Part shown: positions 41,039 to 54,695 of the stretch, one piece after another
How the letters are laid out: each line of letters starts with the position of its first letter
Position numbering within the stretch: the stretch's first letter is position 1
Source of the DNA: the human T2T-CHM13v2.0 reference genome, Homo sapiens
Assembly (NCBI RefSeq): GCF_009914755.1
Contig: NC_060947.1
DNA length: 64,000 nucleotides
Reading direction: 5' to 3' (one strand)
Program-made: the position numbers and the translations under genes
The notes under the pieces: model-generated
The model's input: only the letters and a program-made list of their open reading frames with translations
Databases searched by the model: none
What the model was told of the DNA's origin: nothing

Positions 41039-42219
41039 TTTTTGATTCTTAAGTTAATTCTTTGCAGTGCATAAAAGTCACATAGCTTATTAAGGAAAAA
41101 AGCATCAAGATAAAACAGTAATTCAGTCATATTCACATAGATAAATATTAACAAGAAGTGGTAGAATACTGAATCAGATTAAAAACTCTTCAATCTCACT
41201 TTCTACATATATAATTTTAATGTATATATTACATATGAAAATATATGAAGATTCAAACTTACTTTTGCGCACAAAATAGTTTTATTCTATTAGGCAATGA
41301 AGAGAAAATGCTCTGTTAACTGTAAAACTATACAACAAGTGGTATTATTATTTAAATATGAGATTTTGAACCTGTAAACAAACTTATATATATTGCTTTG
41401 AAAGATAATAATTTGTAATTTTAAATATGTGCCTCTGGTCTCTTAATTGGTAAGGAACATGGATTTTATTTTATTTTAAAATAGATTTTAAATAGATTTC
41501 AAAATACATTTATTTATCTTATTTTGAAATATTTTATTTTAGACTATTTTAAAATATTTTATTTTAAAATCCTTGTCAGGGATTAAGTCAGGAGATGAAT
41601 ATAAGGGATTTAATGGACTTTCAAATCGGTAATCCTCTTCATTCCCATTTTTGACTCCCAGTAATACATTAAGAGCATGTCCAGGCCAAGATTCCTTTGC
41701 TCTGACCCTGCTTGATTGTCTTCATCTGCAGCTACACTAAACCAGATAGGATTATCAGAATGATCAATTGGCAAATGAACTCATTTTCTTAGAAACAGCT
41801 TAGCTGAGTTCTGCTTACAGAACTGCTTTTCACATCTAATTTAAGCTTAATTAGACCAATTTGCCAAATGTTAGAAAAAGTTAAGGTATAATTCAAATAA
41901 ATGTTATAGCATTATTTATTTTCATGAATAGCTTTATAATGAATCTATATTTTTACCAATCAATAATTCAGTATATTTGCTGCCATCAATAAGTTTGGAC
42001 TTATAAAGTTTCTGATAAACTTTGGCTACTCAGAGAAAGTTTACTCAGATTCTAGAACACCATGGCTGTTCTTATACAAATCATGTATCATAATTAATTA
42101 TGTTAATCAGCACTGCAAAGTAGAAATACATTCTCAAAATATGTTTTATAAAAATAACCTTAAAGACTGTACAGTGATGATTTTGAATAAGGGTAAAGTG
42201 TCCCTTCACAAGGTCAAAA

Positions 42220-42410
42220 TTCATCTCAGTTGACAAATATTTACTGATGACTACTGCATGCCAGCATTGTGTGGGCTGATGGAATGAAACAGCAAATAAA
42301 AAGCCTAACCTACTATCTCATGGAGTTTACAGTGTCATTGGAAAAGTAGACCTAAAACAAGTAAATAGGTAAAATAATTACACATTGTGATAAGTGCTAG
42401 GAAGGGAACA
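42220..42410 (-). mobile_element. L2 3' end
   Basis: ACAAATATTTACTGA...TGCCAG...CTCATGGAGTTTACAGT...TTGTGATAAGTGCTA. Confidence 0.7.
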
Positions 42411-44629
42411 TCATTTTAATGAGCAATTCAGGGTTGGAAGTTGACACCAAGTTCTCCACATAGGCAGTAAACTAGGAAGTAAGCCAGTTTACTACTGTCT
42501 CAGTGTGATATCAAACCATCAAACACAAAGTTAGCTAAAAGCTGATAAAGCAGTAATTGTGTCCAACGTTTTAAGGGCTGCAGAGTATATCTACCATAAA
42601 TGTTTTGTTTGGCTTCTGAAGCATTTCTTTAGTGTTTTCTGTGAGTCATTCTGAACACACAATAGCAGGACATGATCATCGACTGGAAGACATGAAATAT
42701 AAATAGTGTAATGGTGCTGAAAAATCCCTTACCGGAGGCTGGCTAGAACCCCTATGCAGATCAAAGCACACAATTCAAAGGTCACCCATGATGTCTAGCC
42801 AAACCTACAAACATGAATAGCAAGACTGAAAGATAAAAAATTTCCAACAGAAACATTGTAGACAAAGATGACATAGCATTAAGTGATCTAAAATTTATGA
42901 AGGTTTTGAGGAATTTTAACGTTTAAAGCTTTATACGACAGAAATGATTTCAAGCAAATTAGCTAATAATCAGTTTATGTATGTGACTGATATTTACTGA
43001 ATTTGAATATGTGGAAGAATATCATTGAAAATATTAGTTGGTATACATCCATAGTACCACTAAAGATATTTAATGGGCATCATGCTTGATGGTACATATA
43101 TTCATATATCACACATGTTGAAACACTTATTGTTGTACCATGAGAAGACCAAGTTATTCTATTTTTTAAAATGAACATTGCCTTGAAAAAGATATTTGAT
43201 GCTGTGAACAGTAATCCTATTTTTGATATTCTTTGTTTTTGTAGGACATATGAGAAATATCATTGAAACTGCTGAGGCTCCTCGGACAGGACCAACAAAA
43301 TATTGTTTGTATAAAGGATCATCTGTCAGAGACAATTGACATAGGGTCTTGCATTCTTTGAGTTATATTGACACTCTATGTTAATACAAGAGTGTATATA
43401 TATAACCAAAAACCCTATCTCCTACAAACAAACTAGTAAAAAAATTCCATAGGCCCATTTATCTTCACCACCACCCCATCCCATATTCAATTTTTTTTGT
43501 TTTTCCTCTTGACTCTGACTTTAAATCTCACTGATTTTTAAAAGACTCAAGTGTGTGCATCAAAATTTATCAGAAGCAGCAAATACTTAATATAACCAAA
43601 GTTTTTGTTATTCCCAAATAATTACAGAAAAAAAATTCTGAGAGGAAGCAAATGGTCAGTTTTAATTGTCTGGGCCTTGGTTCAAAAAATCATGTGTTTG
43701 GAGATTTAACAGACAAAGCGTTTGTTTGGATGCCTCCTACAAACTTAAATAGGCCTGAAATATACAGGCTATTAAATTTACATCTTTAAAATAAGGATAT
43801 CCTCAGGTTTTTTTTTCTGTTAATATATATGTTTGCCAAACATTTTTCAGGATTCCTAAAGTGATTAAATGCCTTTAAACCAGCTGCTGTGGAGCAAGTG
43901 TTGTTATATAAGATGCATAAAGTTATCATCTAAGAGTGAGGAAAGACCTTTAAAAGTTCCAACAGTGGAAATGCAACAGTTAACATGATTTGGTCATATC
44001 TTCAAAGATAACTTTTGAAAGTTTTACCAGCACATATTTATTGGCAGTTTATCTCCTACTGATGATGTCTGATGGGAGGTGGGGAGGCATTGCTTGACTT
44101 ATACTTCATTTATTTATTACATTTTGTTAGCAAATAGACATTGTTTATTGTATTGGGCCAGAAAAATAAATTGCATGACTAAAAGATATTACCTGTGTGA
44201 GGGGCAACCGAAACCTAATTTAGTAGTCCCCAAAATATGGCAGTATATGTCAACAGCTGACTTCATTTCAAAGCATAGGGAACATTTTTATCGATCTTTT
44301 CGAATTTTAAATATATAGCTTCTACTCTGAATGATATTGTATCTGTGAGCGTAATCAGAATTTGTTTCTTATTTAATCTGTGTTTATCTGATGCAACTTG
44401 CTTTAGGTGCTATTCTATATATATGGATGTCAACTTCAAAGGTCAAAGACTTGTCTTTCTTCATTAATAAAAGTACATATGACTTTTTTTTAAGTAGACA
44501 GATGATTTAGCACTCTTAGTGCACCTTCAGTCAATACCTTACACACACATGGAAGTTTTCAGAAATCCCATACTTTCTTTAGGGAAATTGATTGATATTT
44601 GGGTAAATTACACCTATAACCCTTAAAAT

Positions 44630-45552
44630 AGCAGCCATAAAATTCATATTCTGCCTGGGACCTTGGAAATAACATAAATTCAACATAAATTCATTAAGAG
44701 GGCCAGGTATAAGGTCATAAGAAATTGTGGGAACTGTGGGGAACAGTAGAGTGCATGCTCTTTCTATGGGGTAGCCATTGCTAATCTACTTCATCTAGTT
44801 GTGCCAAACCAGTAAGAATGTGAAACCAGTATTGCCAGATCTCTCTTTTTAGTAAAAATTTCAACCTTATTTTAGATTCAGGAGTACATTGTTTTAGACT
44901 TGGGGGGTACGTGTGCAAGTTTGTTACGTGGGTATATTGCGTGTTGCTGAGGTTTGAGGTGTGAATGATCCTGTCACTCAGGTAGAGAGCATAGTACCTA
45001 ATAGGGAATTTTTCAGCCCTTGCTCCTCTTTCCTCTCCCCTACGTCTAGTAGTCCCCAGTGTCTATTGTTGACATCTTTATGTCCATGTGTACCCAGTGT
45101 TTAGCTCCCACTTGTAAGTGAGAAGATGCAGTATATGGTTTTCCATCCCTGTGTTAATTCTCTTAGGATAATGGCCTCCAGCTGCTTCCATGTTGCTGCA
45201 AAGGACATGATTTTGTTCTTTTTTATGGCTGTGTAATATTCCATGGTATACATATACCACATTTTCTTTATTCATTCCCTGTTGCTAGGCACTTAGGTTG
45301 ATTCCATGTCTTTGCTATTATGAGTAGTGCTGTGATGAACATACAAGTTCATGTGTGTCTTTGGTAGAAAAATTTATTTTCCTTTGGTATGTGCCCAGTA
45401 ATGAGATTGCTGGGTCAAATGGTAGTTCTTTTTTAAGTTCTTTGAGAAATCCCCAAAGTGCTTTCCACAGTGGCTGAACTAATTTACATTCCTACCAAGA
45501 GTGTATAAGCACATTGAAATTCAGATTTTATGTAAACTGTTTTGATTTTTAA
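44630..45552 (+). mobile_element. MER102-like hAT-Charlie element split by an L1 insertion
   Basis: GGGCCAGGTATAAG...CCAGTATTGCCAGATCT [L1] GAAATTCAGATTTTATGTAAA; homologous to 50555-50919. Confidence 0.6.
44858..45511 (-). mobile_element. L1PA15/16-like 3' end
   Basis: GGGGTACGTGTGCAAGTTTGTTACGTGGGTATATTGCG...TTAGCTCCCACTTGTAAGTGAGAA...CCACAGTGGCTGAACTAATTTACATTCC. Confidence 0.9.
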
Positions 45553-47529
45553 AGCTCTGTACAGAAAGATCACTGGCTTAGAGATCAAGGGAGCCACAAA
45601 TCTTGTCTCTTCTACTAACTAAATATATATGTAATGTTTATCAACCTTATTATGTCCCCATGAGGATAAAACAGATATGACAGTCTTTGGGAGGACATTA
45701 AAGAAGTGGTTCTCTAATATACAGTAGAGGAAGGAAGCAGGATTAAAAATGTAGGGGCAGTAGCTGTCATTCAGGTCGGTATATTGGGTGATCTGACACT
45801 AACTTCCTCTGCGACTTTGGCCAAATAATTGAACATCTTGGGAGAATTTCCTCGTCTGTTAAATGGTGGTGGTGGTGGTAGGTGGTTAACCAAAGCAGTT
45901 CAGGCACCCCCATTATATCACATAGGAAAAGGAAGAGCTGCACTAATGAAAGGATATAAGAGAATTGCTCCCTTTATTTTTCCTTCTAGTATACATTAGC
46001 AGTTTCACTGAAGTTCTTTAGAATCCAGTTTGAAATCCATTGCAGTAGATAATTCCAAAACTTGACTGTATCTTTAAAATGCTCTGTTTGAAGTACTTTC
46101 CTTTGTTTGAAGCATCGGTTAAAGGAACAATCTCTTTAGTTTACTTCACATCAGAGGCTGAACATAATATGTGATATTAGATAGTGATTTTTAAATTTAT
46201 CCTAAAAGGACCTAAATACTTAAATTAAATGAGCCTGACATTTTAACTGGACTCCTTATTATGTGGTATTTTATTGCCTCCTGTCATGTGTCTCGCATGC
46301 TGTTTCTCTATATTATTAAATGAGATTTTGTGGGGTAAATTTAGGTTTCAAAAGTGAGAATATCATATCTCTGATTCTTATACTAAACTGACTGCAATCA
46401 AAGATGAGCATGCTGGGTAGCAATCACTGTCGTTAACTTTGTTGAGCTTCACATTCACATGCCCAAAGTTGGAAGAATCAAAGTATGAAAATTTATTTAT
46501 CAGTGATACAGGGTAAAAATGACCTTGACTAATTCTAAATAAAACCAGCTCTCAATTATTAACTTCTTGGGTCTCAGCCAGAGTAGAATCACCTTCTAGT
46601 CATAACTTGTGCATATGGGAAGGCTCTCTCTACAGTAAGGTTAATCAATGTCCTAATGTGGTACAATCATGATGATGATTGGAACTAGTGAGTTGTGTAG
46701 AGAACCCTCACTGCTTACCACCATATGTTGTAAAATCTCAGTTGCTAATAGTTCTGTTGGTGGTAGTTGTATATTGTATATTGTATCTGCCACAACGTTC
46801 TTGACTGTGTGTAACCCTTGTTTTGTTAGTGGCTTTATAAGAATGTGAACATATGTTATGTCAGCCACAAAGACACATTTTAGTAAATTTCAGGCCTCTT
46901 CATCATGACTTTTGTTTCACAGCCAGAATCAGAAGTGGAGAGGGGCAGCAAAAAGAAAACTTTAGTAGACAAAGAGGAAATAGAAGGAATGCAAAACATT
47001 TTGGGCCAACTCCAGGGAACCCAGCTGATTTTTTTTCACATTATAACCTATTCTGTACTGAGCTGATAATATTAGTATCATCATCTGCTTGTTCAATAAA
47101 GTTTTCCAAAATGTTGATTATTTGGCAAAGTATAAGGAAAACTAAAATGAGTTAATTGATATCACTAAAAGAACAAATTCAGAAGTATAGAAGTCACATT
47201 TTACTTAGAATGTCAAAAACAAAATATACCTATTTAACTTGTAGGCCTTAAAGCCCTGGAGTTATAGCTAGTTTGTTAAGCACTATTGTAAAGTACATTC
47301 CTTACATTGGACAAGATAAATGAGAAATTTTCAAATATCAAGGTAAACTCCTAATTTTCTGAGTAAGTTTTAAATTGTAATAAAAGGACAGTTAACTCAT
47401 GGGTGTTTATATATTCATTGAATAATTCTAACACGAATGTTTCTGTAGTCAGTGATTTCAGAGTCTAAGTTTAACCTATGAAACTCATGCCATAGGAGAT
47501 GTAAATGATTTTGATTTTGGTGAGGATTA

Positions 47530-47633
47530 GTATAATTATATATATATTTATATAGTATAATTATATATAATACATATATAATTATATATAATACATATAT
47601 ATATATATACATATATATATGTATATATATATA
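47530..47633. repeat. (TA)n-rich low-complexity repeat
   Basis: About 100 bp of TATA/TATAAT/TACA units. Confidence 0.85.
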
Positions 47634-48346
47634 GTGGTAGCCAAAAAGTTTGTTGTGCTTAGAAAGTTTTATTGTTAAAAAAGAGACGGACCTTTGGTAA
47701 AATTGAAAAAGTGCCCTCAAATCCAGTCATATATAGCCCATTAAAATAAGGAAGGATGCATTATCACTGACTTGGTGTGTATGATTATATTTTATTTAAG
47801 AACAGTGTCACCTCAGAAGAGGTTGGGTGAGTGAGATGTAAAGCAAAATCAAATAGTTATGGCAGTGGAGTGACAGAACGTAAGAGTAGGTGAAAAAAGG
47901 CTCACCTTCACTCTTACCTCCTCTCCCCAGCAACCCCAGATACATTTTCATTTTTTTTAGAACGCTCTCTACAGACTTTGAGCAGAGAAACAGTTGCTTT
48001 TCAAAAGCAAACAAAACAAAACAAAACAGATGATATTTTCATTTTTGTTCAACAAAAAGATTATGAACTAACCACATATACTTGTAGTGGGCATTATAGG
48101 AAGATTCCCATTTCTGTATTACTAAGAAGTACATTAAGGGTTAAAAGAACCACATTATAGTCCTCACAGGTTTTTTTGCATGTCATTTTAGATTTCACTG
48201 TTCTTTATTAAAGGATTGGAGAACACTGGGAGTTACTGCACTGCTGGAAAGAATTATTATTTTGTTAACAAGGCTAATTATGTGTTTTTTAAAATGGATC
48301 TCTTTTGTATGTGTTTAATTTCTTTTGTGTGGATGTATGTATGACT

Positions 48347-48354
48347 GTGTGTGT

Positions 48355-48391
<37 letters not shown>
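48347..48391. repeat. (TG)n microsatellite
   Basis: TG run with one TA interruption. Confidence 0.9.
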
Positions 48392-48395
<4 letters not shown>

Positions 48396-50554
48396 TGCAT
48401 GTGTAACCCTTGTGAGGAAGATGTAAGATAATTCAGTATGCTCCAGAAAAATGTATATAGTGATCTGTCGGAGATCAATGGCTCCATGTTTAGGAAATAA
48501 GCACAACATTGATATTGGCTTACTTTCATCATCCTGTTGGCCAAATAAAAGATGAGAAAAAATTAGAAAGGGATTTTTCCCTCCAAAATGTTGGAATACC
48601 TAATGGGATGGGAAGGAAGGCTCTTGAGAGAGAGGGAAAAGACATAATATTGCTGAATTTTTTTGGAATTGTTACGACCCAAGGCCACTTTCTTCAACAG
48701 AAATCTATAACCTTATTTCCTTGTCTTCATATATGGAAAAGCCCTAAACCACATGACATTTCACATTATTCTTTAGTCAATGGGGATTATACTATAAATG
48801 TGCTAACATTATTCATATATTTAAAACACTAATAGCAATTCAGGCTTCCTTACCTTCTATGTGCTCTTCCCTGCTGGTGTTTCATTGTGTGTAACCTATC
48901 TAAAATTTCTGCAGAATTTAGGAAGATGTTTTGTGAAATATAATAAAGCCTTGCTTAATTGGAAGCTAACTAACCAGAACTCTCAATTAACCAGTTTTAT
49001 TTATTTATTTTCTGCTACACTCTCCTTTTAGAAGGAAGAGGCAAATGACAAGAAAACAAGCTGTTAACAGGTATTTATGTATTTATTTTTTAAAAATCAA
49101 ATTCCTGAGAATGTCCTGGAGCCTGTACAGATTCAGCCACACTTTCATAATCTTGTTCCCTGTACTATACTCACTAAGGTAGGAAAGTAGAGCCATTTGA
49201 AATTTTCAGCAGCAAATGCTGAATCTTGCTTAATCCTCAGTTCATTAGAAAAAATGAAATCCAAAGAGTGAATTACAATCTGTCCATCCAGTTGGAGGTT
49301 ATAAAGCAGAAGTTAGAGAAAGGCTGCAAGGTTGGTTGGGGTTGAGTGAACAACACTGACATAAAAACTTTGACAGCTATGTAAAATAATGGGGAAGTTA
49401 TTCAGATGTCCACCTGCCCCTTTGTTCTGGAATGCTTAGGAAGGTACATTCACTTTTGCAGGGCAGCACAGGCTATTAAGTGTGCTACAACGATAATGGA
49501 AAAGAATCTGGCTTTCTAATCTTCTGAGTCATTCTAAGCATTAGGCACAGATATGTGTTGTAGGCATGTTAGAAGTTCTAAAACATTTAAATTGTTTTCT
49601 TCTAATATTTTAAACAAATATTTGGAAGTCTAAGAAGATTTATACTTGAAACCTCTTAAAATATCTATGAAAATCTTAGTAAAAGGGCAATCAGAGATAA
49701 CATATTGTTCCAGGCCTCAGACATTTTAGGTTGTAGTGGTGAAAAGAACACACAGTGACTCAGAGACAAGGGCAAAGGAGGGGAACCCATGATCCTAAAA
49801 TATATTTTGATAGTTCCTGTCAGTAGTGCCCCTCTTCTCTTCCACACTTCTTTCTCAGGTTACATTAACTTTTGGTGATATTTTTTTGCCCCTTTCTTTA
49901 GGGCTGCCCTTGATGCAGGCTTTATCCATATTTTTCTATAAGAAAAATGTCATGGAGCTGTAGGGGAGATGAGGACTATACCATGGATTTATCCTGGGTT
50001 TTCAACATACAAAATAAAACATCACTATGGTGGTGTTTCTAGTATCTGTGACATTTTCTATATTAAAAGTTAGTTTTACATGTCATGCACACTAAATAAT
50101 ACCCAAGTGACCTGAAGCAGTGGATGTGCCTCCTTAAGTGCCAAACTTTCTATTAGACAATGATATCAATGCTGGGGAGACTAAAACCCACTAGATTTTA
50201 TTAATGACTGAGTTTAACTGTAAAATAGTAAATGGATTATGTTTTGAGTCTAGGCTTGGATATTGAAAGTGTTTCCGATTTTATATGAATGCAATTGAAT
50301 TCAGGCATTGAAATTGGCTTTCACTTTATTTTTGATTTTCTAGTAAAATGACAAGCAAATTAAGTCAAGTTCTTTCTTCATTAAATATAGTAGTAATTTA
50401 TAACTATATAGATTTATTTCTGGATTATCAAAACATACTTTTCATATGTACATATATATATATAATATTTTTACATTTATTGCAATCAGAGAAAAACCAT
50501 GAAGTGTTTTTGAAAGTATATGTATCAAGTCACTCACATAAACTATAGAGAAAC

Positions 50555-50919
50555 CAGGAGAGTCGCAAACTCCAATCCCTACTGAGGCAAGGATGGTAAC
50601 GTAAATGAAAGACTATAAGAAATACAGAGTGGTGGGGACTATGGTGAACCAGGGAGTATATATTCTTTTCCAAAGTGGTGGCTGTTACTCAGTTTGGCTG
50701 ATTATTACCATGTGGGAATGCAGGCTCAGTATTGTTAAGATCTGACTTTTTAAAAGAAGCTGGGAATTACGATTTTTACATGAAATTCTCCAATTCTTAA
50801 ATGTTGGTAACTAACTCAATAAAAAGCAAAACAAAACAAAAAAAGCAACACTGCACAGGCAAAACAAAATCCATCTGGGGTCAGGATATAGCCCATGGGC
50901 TGTCAGTTTGCGACCTCTG
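50555..50919 (+). mobile_element. MER102-like hAT-Charlie non-autonomous DNA transposon, full length
   Basis: Terminal inverted repeats CAGGAGAGTCGCAAACT ... AGTTTGCGACCTCTG; interior matches the recalled consensus. Confidence 0.75.
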
Positions 50920-52329
50920 CTCTAAATGGTGAGTCCTCAAGATATTGCAATTACAAAAAGAATCACAGTTTGTTATAAATGCACCTGAAGCCTTTGATCA
51001 TGGAAAATTCATATAAGGTGAATAAATAACCAGTGGGAGTGCTTACAAATAATTATTCTGGTACTCAAAATGGTGGTTATGCGCTTTGTGGGTTTTATTT
51101 TTTACTACTTCAAAATAGGCAATATAGTTTTTCCTTCAAGTGATTTGAAAATTAAAATTAAATTAGTATTTTTTTGCTTTCCTGTTATCAGTGAAATGCA
51201 GTATGAAACAGATTATTACTGCCATGTCCACAAAAGAATACTTAAGTATAGTTCTCATCACATAACATAATTAAGGTTTCTATTTAAAGTCCAATTTATT
51301 TTGTTTTAATAAGAAGAAAGCCATGTGTATAACATGTGTTGTTTTATTTTAAATTGGCTTGCCTTTAAACAAATTCCCAATTCCATCTAGCAAAATTCCT
51401 TTATTTTTACAAATGGTTAAAATAAGAAATAAAAGAAATGTAAGCAGTTAACACAACAAAACTTCATTTGAACTTTTGATAGGCATTGGCAAAGATAAAA
51501 CAAAGTTGGTCATCTGAGATTTTATTAAAAGGTAACTGTTTGACTGATCTGAGACTTTGCTTGTTTGTCTGTCCTGCCATGGACCTTAGCACATAATCCC
51601 ACTGTGCTACAATGCTTTTGACATCTGTATGCCCCTTTCATCACTGGCAATCCAAAAGCATATTTGTCTAAAAAGGAAACAATTAAATTCCAATCTCTCT
51701 AGGAAAAAAAAAAGAAAGAAAGAAAAAGAGAAAGAAAACACCCCACTGTTAAACCTGCTTTAATGGTCACAATGATTTGTACCATAAATCCTTATTGAGG
51801 ATGGTAAATTAACATTTTCACTTCTGATGAGAAAGTCGAGAACTTTAAAAAGAAAAGTAAAAAAAGAAAGAGAAAGAATTGAAGGCATTATCTCAAATCC
51901 TAAATAAACTAGAAAAAAATCTCATTCCTTGACAAATCATTCTAGTTGCAGATTTAACACAAACACACGTGAAAGATGAGAAATTATTGGGTAACTGGTC
52001 AACACATATGACAATGTGCAAAATAGCTGATGTTTACTTAAATAAAATTTGGGTAGACAGTGCTGCCCTTTCCAGATCATCAGCTAGTTTTGACCACAAG
52101 TAATCTGTTACATGATTGGGATGCAATATGTTTAAATATACTAATGAATGAAACTTATTTACTAAAACTCTAATAATTAAGGATCTTTAGTTAAGTGGTT
52201 AATCCTCAAAGGTAGAGAATTTAAGAAATGAGTGATTATTTGATGCATTTGACCAGCATAGACATATAAATAAGATAATTCAGGATAAAATATTGATGAA
52301 CAATTAATCCTCTTTTTTTGCCAAGACAT

Positions 52330-52562
52330 AATAATATTTAACATTTATCAAACGTGAGTTCAGGTGATTTTTCACATATTAGTTCTTTTAATCATCGTAA
52401 CAACTCTATAAGATAGGTGCTGCAATTATAATCGTTGTCTTACAGTTGGTGATACTGAGTCACACAGATGGTTATATGATTTACCCAAGGTCATACAGCC
52501 TATAAATACCAGGGACAGCATTTGAATCAAAGCAGTCTAGTTTCAAAGCTCATATGCTTTGG
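52330..52562 (-). mobile_element. MIRb SINE
   Basis: AACAACTCTATAAGATAGG...TTACAG...ACTGAGTCACACAG...TTTACCCAAGGTCATACAGC. Confidence 0.8.
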
Positions 52563-52849
52563 GCCAATATATTTTATAACCGGCCAAATGGAATCAGACT
52601 AATTAGAAAAACACCTCATTTACTATTATATATTAAATGACTTATTGAAAAATGACATTTCTATTCAGAAATCAAGTTTGGTAGCATCATTTTGATAGTG
52701 TAATAAATTAGCAAGATTATAAAATAGTTCAGATAAAGCAGGAAGAAAAAAATAAGGAAAGAGCAGGAAATACTGAGAAAAACTTGTGGATCAATATTCA
52801 GGTCTACATTTTGCTACACTTAATCCACAGTTTAATTTTAAAAATTGTA

Positions 52850-53465
52850 TCTGAAAAAAATTTGTATCTGTGAAACATTAATATTATGACTAACAATAAT
52901 CTCCTTTTTACTCCACAAATGAAAGATGACCACTAATCCTAAAATCAGTGTGTATCATTGCTGTGTCTTTTTAAAATTATGTGTGTATTTATACACAAAC
53001 AACATGCAATGTTGATTTTTGTGTTTTTTTAATTTTTTGTTTTAAGATGTATCAAACTGTTGTGATATCATACTATTCTTTTTAAGTATTTTTACATTAT
53101 GTTTTTGAGATTTATCTGTATTGATATATGTAAATCTAGTTCACTTATTTTTTAATTGTCCGTTATACTACCTTGTATAACACAATTTGATAATTCTTTC
53201 CTATATTCATAGGTTGATAATTAGGTTGTTTCCAATTTTTTGTTGGAAACCGTGCTGTAATGGTCATGTCTTGCACCCATATGGGAGTATTTCTCTAGGA
53301 TATCAGCCTAGAAGTGCAATTTCTAGGTTGTGGGCTATGTGTGTCTTCAACTTTAATGGTTACTGCCAAATTGTTCTCCAAAGCTGTTCTGATTTACTCT
53401 CCTACCAGCAATATACAAGAGGTCCCATTTCCTCACATTATTGCCAGCGTAGTAGATATTTTTAA
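52850..53465 (-). mobile_element. Old L1M (L1ME-like) fragment
   Basis: TTAGGTTGTTTCCAATTTTT...TACTGCCAAATTGTTCTCCAAAG...TTTACTCTCCTACCAGCAAT. Confidence 0.7.
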
Positions 53466-53689
53466 TGAATGATCTGTTTGAAGAAAAAATAATTCTTTTT
53501 ATTCTCTTACGATTATACACATACATATGAAATATTGATTCCGATCACTTAGCACAGATAAAAATATTTACAGATACTATTTTTGTCATTATTCTTCATC
53601 TTAAAACATATGTAATTAAGATAAGGATTAAAGATACTATTTTAAATTTGTAAAGTATCGTCTAAGTTACAAGCACTTTCCCATAAACT

Positions 53690-53810
53690 TTCATTTGATG
53701 AGACAGTATGGTATAACAGCAAGAGCTCTGGGGAAAAAAAGAGTCATAAGTCCATGGACTTAACTCTGCACATAAATCTGTGGCTTTGGACCTCAGTTGC
53801 TGCATCTTTT
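53690..53810 (+). mobile_element. MIR fragment
   Basis: GAGACAGTATGGTATAACAG...CTGTGGCTTTGGACCTCAGTTGCTGCATCT. Confidence 0.5.
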
Positions 53811-54338
53811 AAGTTACAGTATTAGACTAAACAATCTCTTAGATAAATAGTATATGCTTTGATCTATGATACGTATCTTTCCTTTTCCTTGAAGCTGTAA
53901 TTCATTTATTGTGCATAAAACATAAGGAGAAAATTGAATTTGGTCAATTTGTGAAAATTGTTGTAACACTCTCTCTGGCTCAGTTAATAAGATCATAACT
54001 TTACCATCATTATACTTACATTTCTTCTAATTCAAGGACAGTTAGGGGTGGATGGTGGAAGAGAAGATGTGACACATGATTTCGAATTCATGTTCAGTTT
54101 TTCCCATTTCAAAGCATCACATTCTAAATGCTGAAATAAAAAAACAAAGAAAGCTCAACAACTATTTGTTATGACTTTGTGTTTGCTTTCAAGCTCCTTT
54201 TATGCACATTTCTGATTCAGAAGAAAATATTCAAGATTTTCAGCTCATTTAATGTTTGATTCCAGCAGTACTTTTATGGTGCTACACGTAACTACTTAAA
54301 GCAGAGAGAGGACTCAGGTTGACGACTCTATATTCTTT

Positions 54339-54414
54339 CTTTCTTTTCTTTTCTTTTTTTTCTAAGGACACGAGCCCATGAAATAGCCTCAGGAGGTCCT
54401 GAGACACGTGCCCC
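54339..54414 (-). mobile_element. Short A-tailed retrocopy of a MER4-group LTR hairpin segment
   Basis: Minus strand GGGGCACGTGTCTCAGGACCTCCTGAGGCTATTTCATGGGCTCGTGTCCTTAG plus A-rich tail; approximate TSDs on both sides. Confidence 0.7.
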
Positions 54415-54669
54415 CTTTATTTCTTTTTGAATAAGGGGGTAAGTAATTAGATTTTGTGTTTGGAGAGAGACTTTTTATTTGAAAGATCTGGATCTTTATC
54501 CTGAGGTTTAACACAGAACTTTCAGCTTTTCTTAGATTCTATGTGTATGGGAAAGACCACTGAGTTAGAAACCAAACTGTCTAATATTACAGGAGATTAA
54601 AGTAGAAAAGGGAATCAGTAGAAACTGATTTTGTTTAAACTCTCAGAGTTGCAAATATGCTACATTCAT

Positions 54670-54695
54670 ACACACACACACACACACACACACAC
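54670..54695. repeat. (CA)n microsatellite
   Basis: About 13 AC units. Confidence 0.9.

Noticed and set aside
46653-46868. 71-aa minus-strand ORF containing a GTG|GTAAGC donor
   Set aside because: No adequate acceptor or polypyrimidine tract and no recognisable protein.
54362-54414. Hammerhead or HDV-like ribozyme call for the hairpin insert
   Set aside because: No CUGANGA/GAAA core and no HDV nested pseudoknot could be drawn; only the stems are supported.
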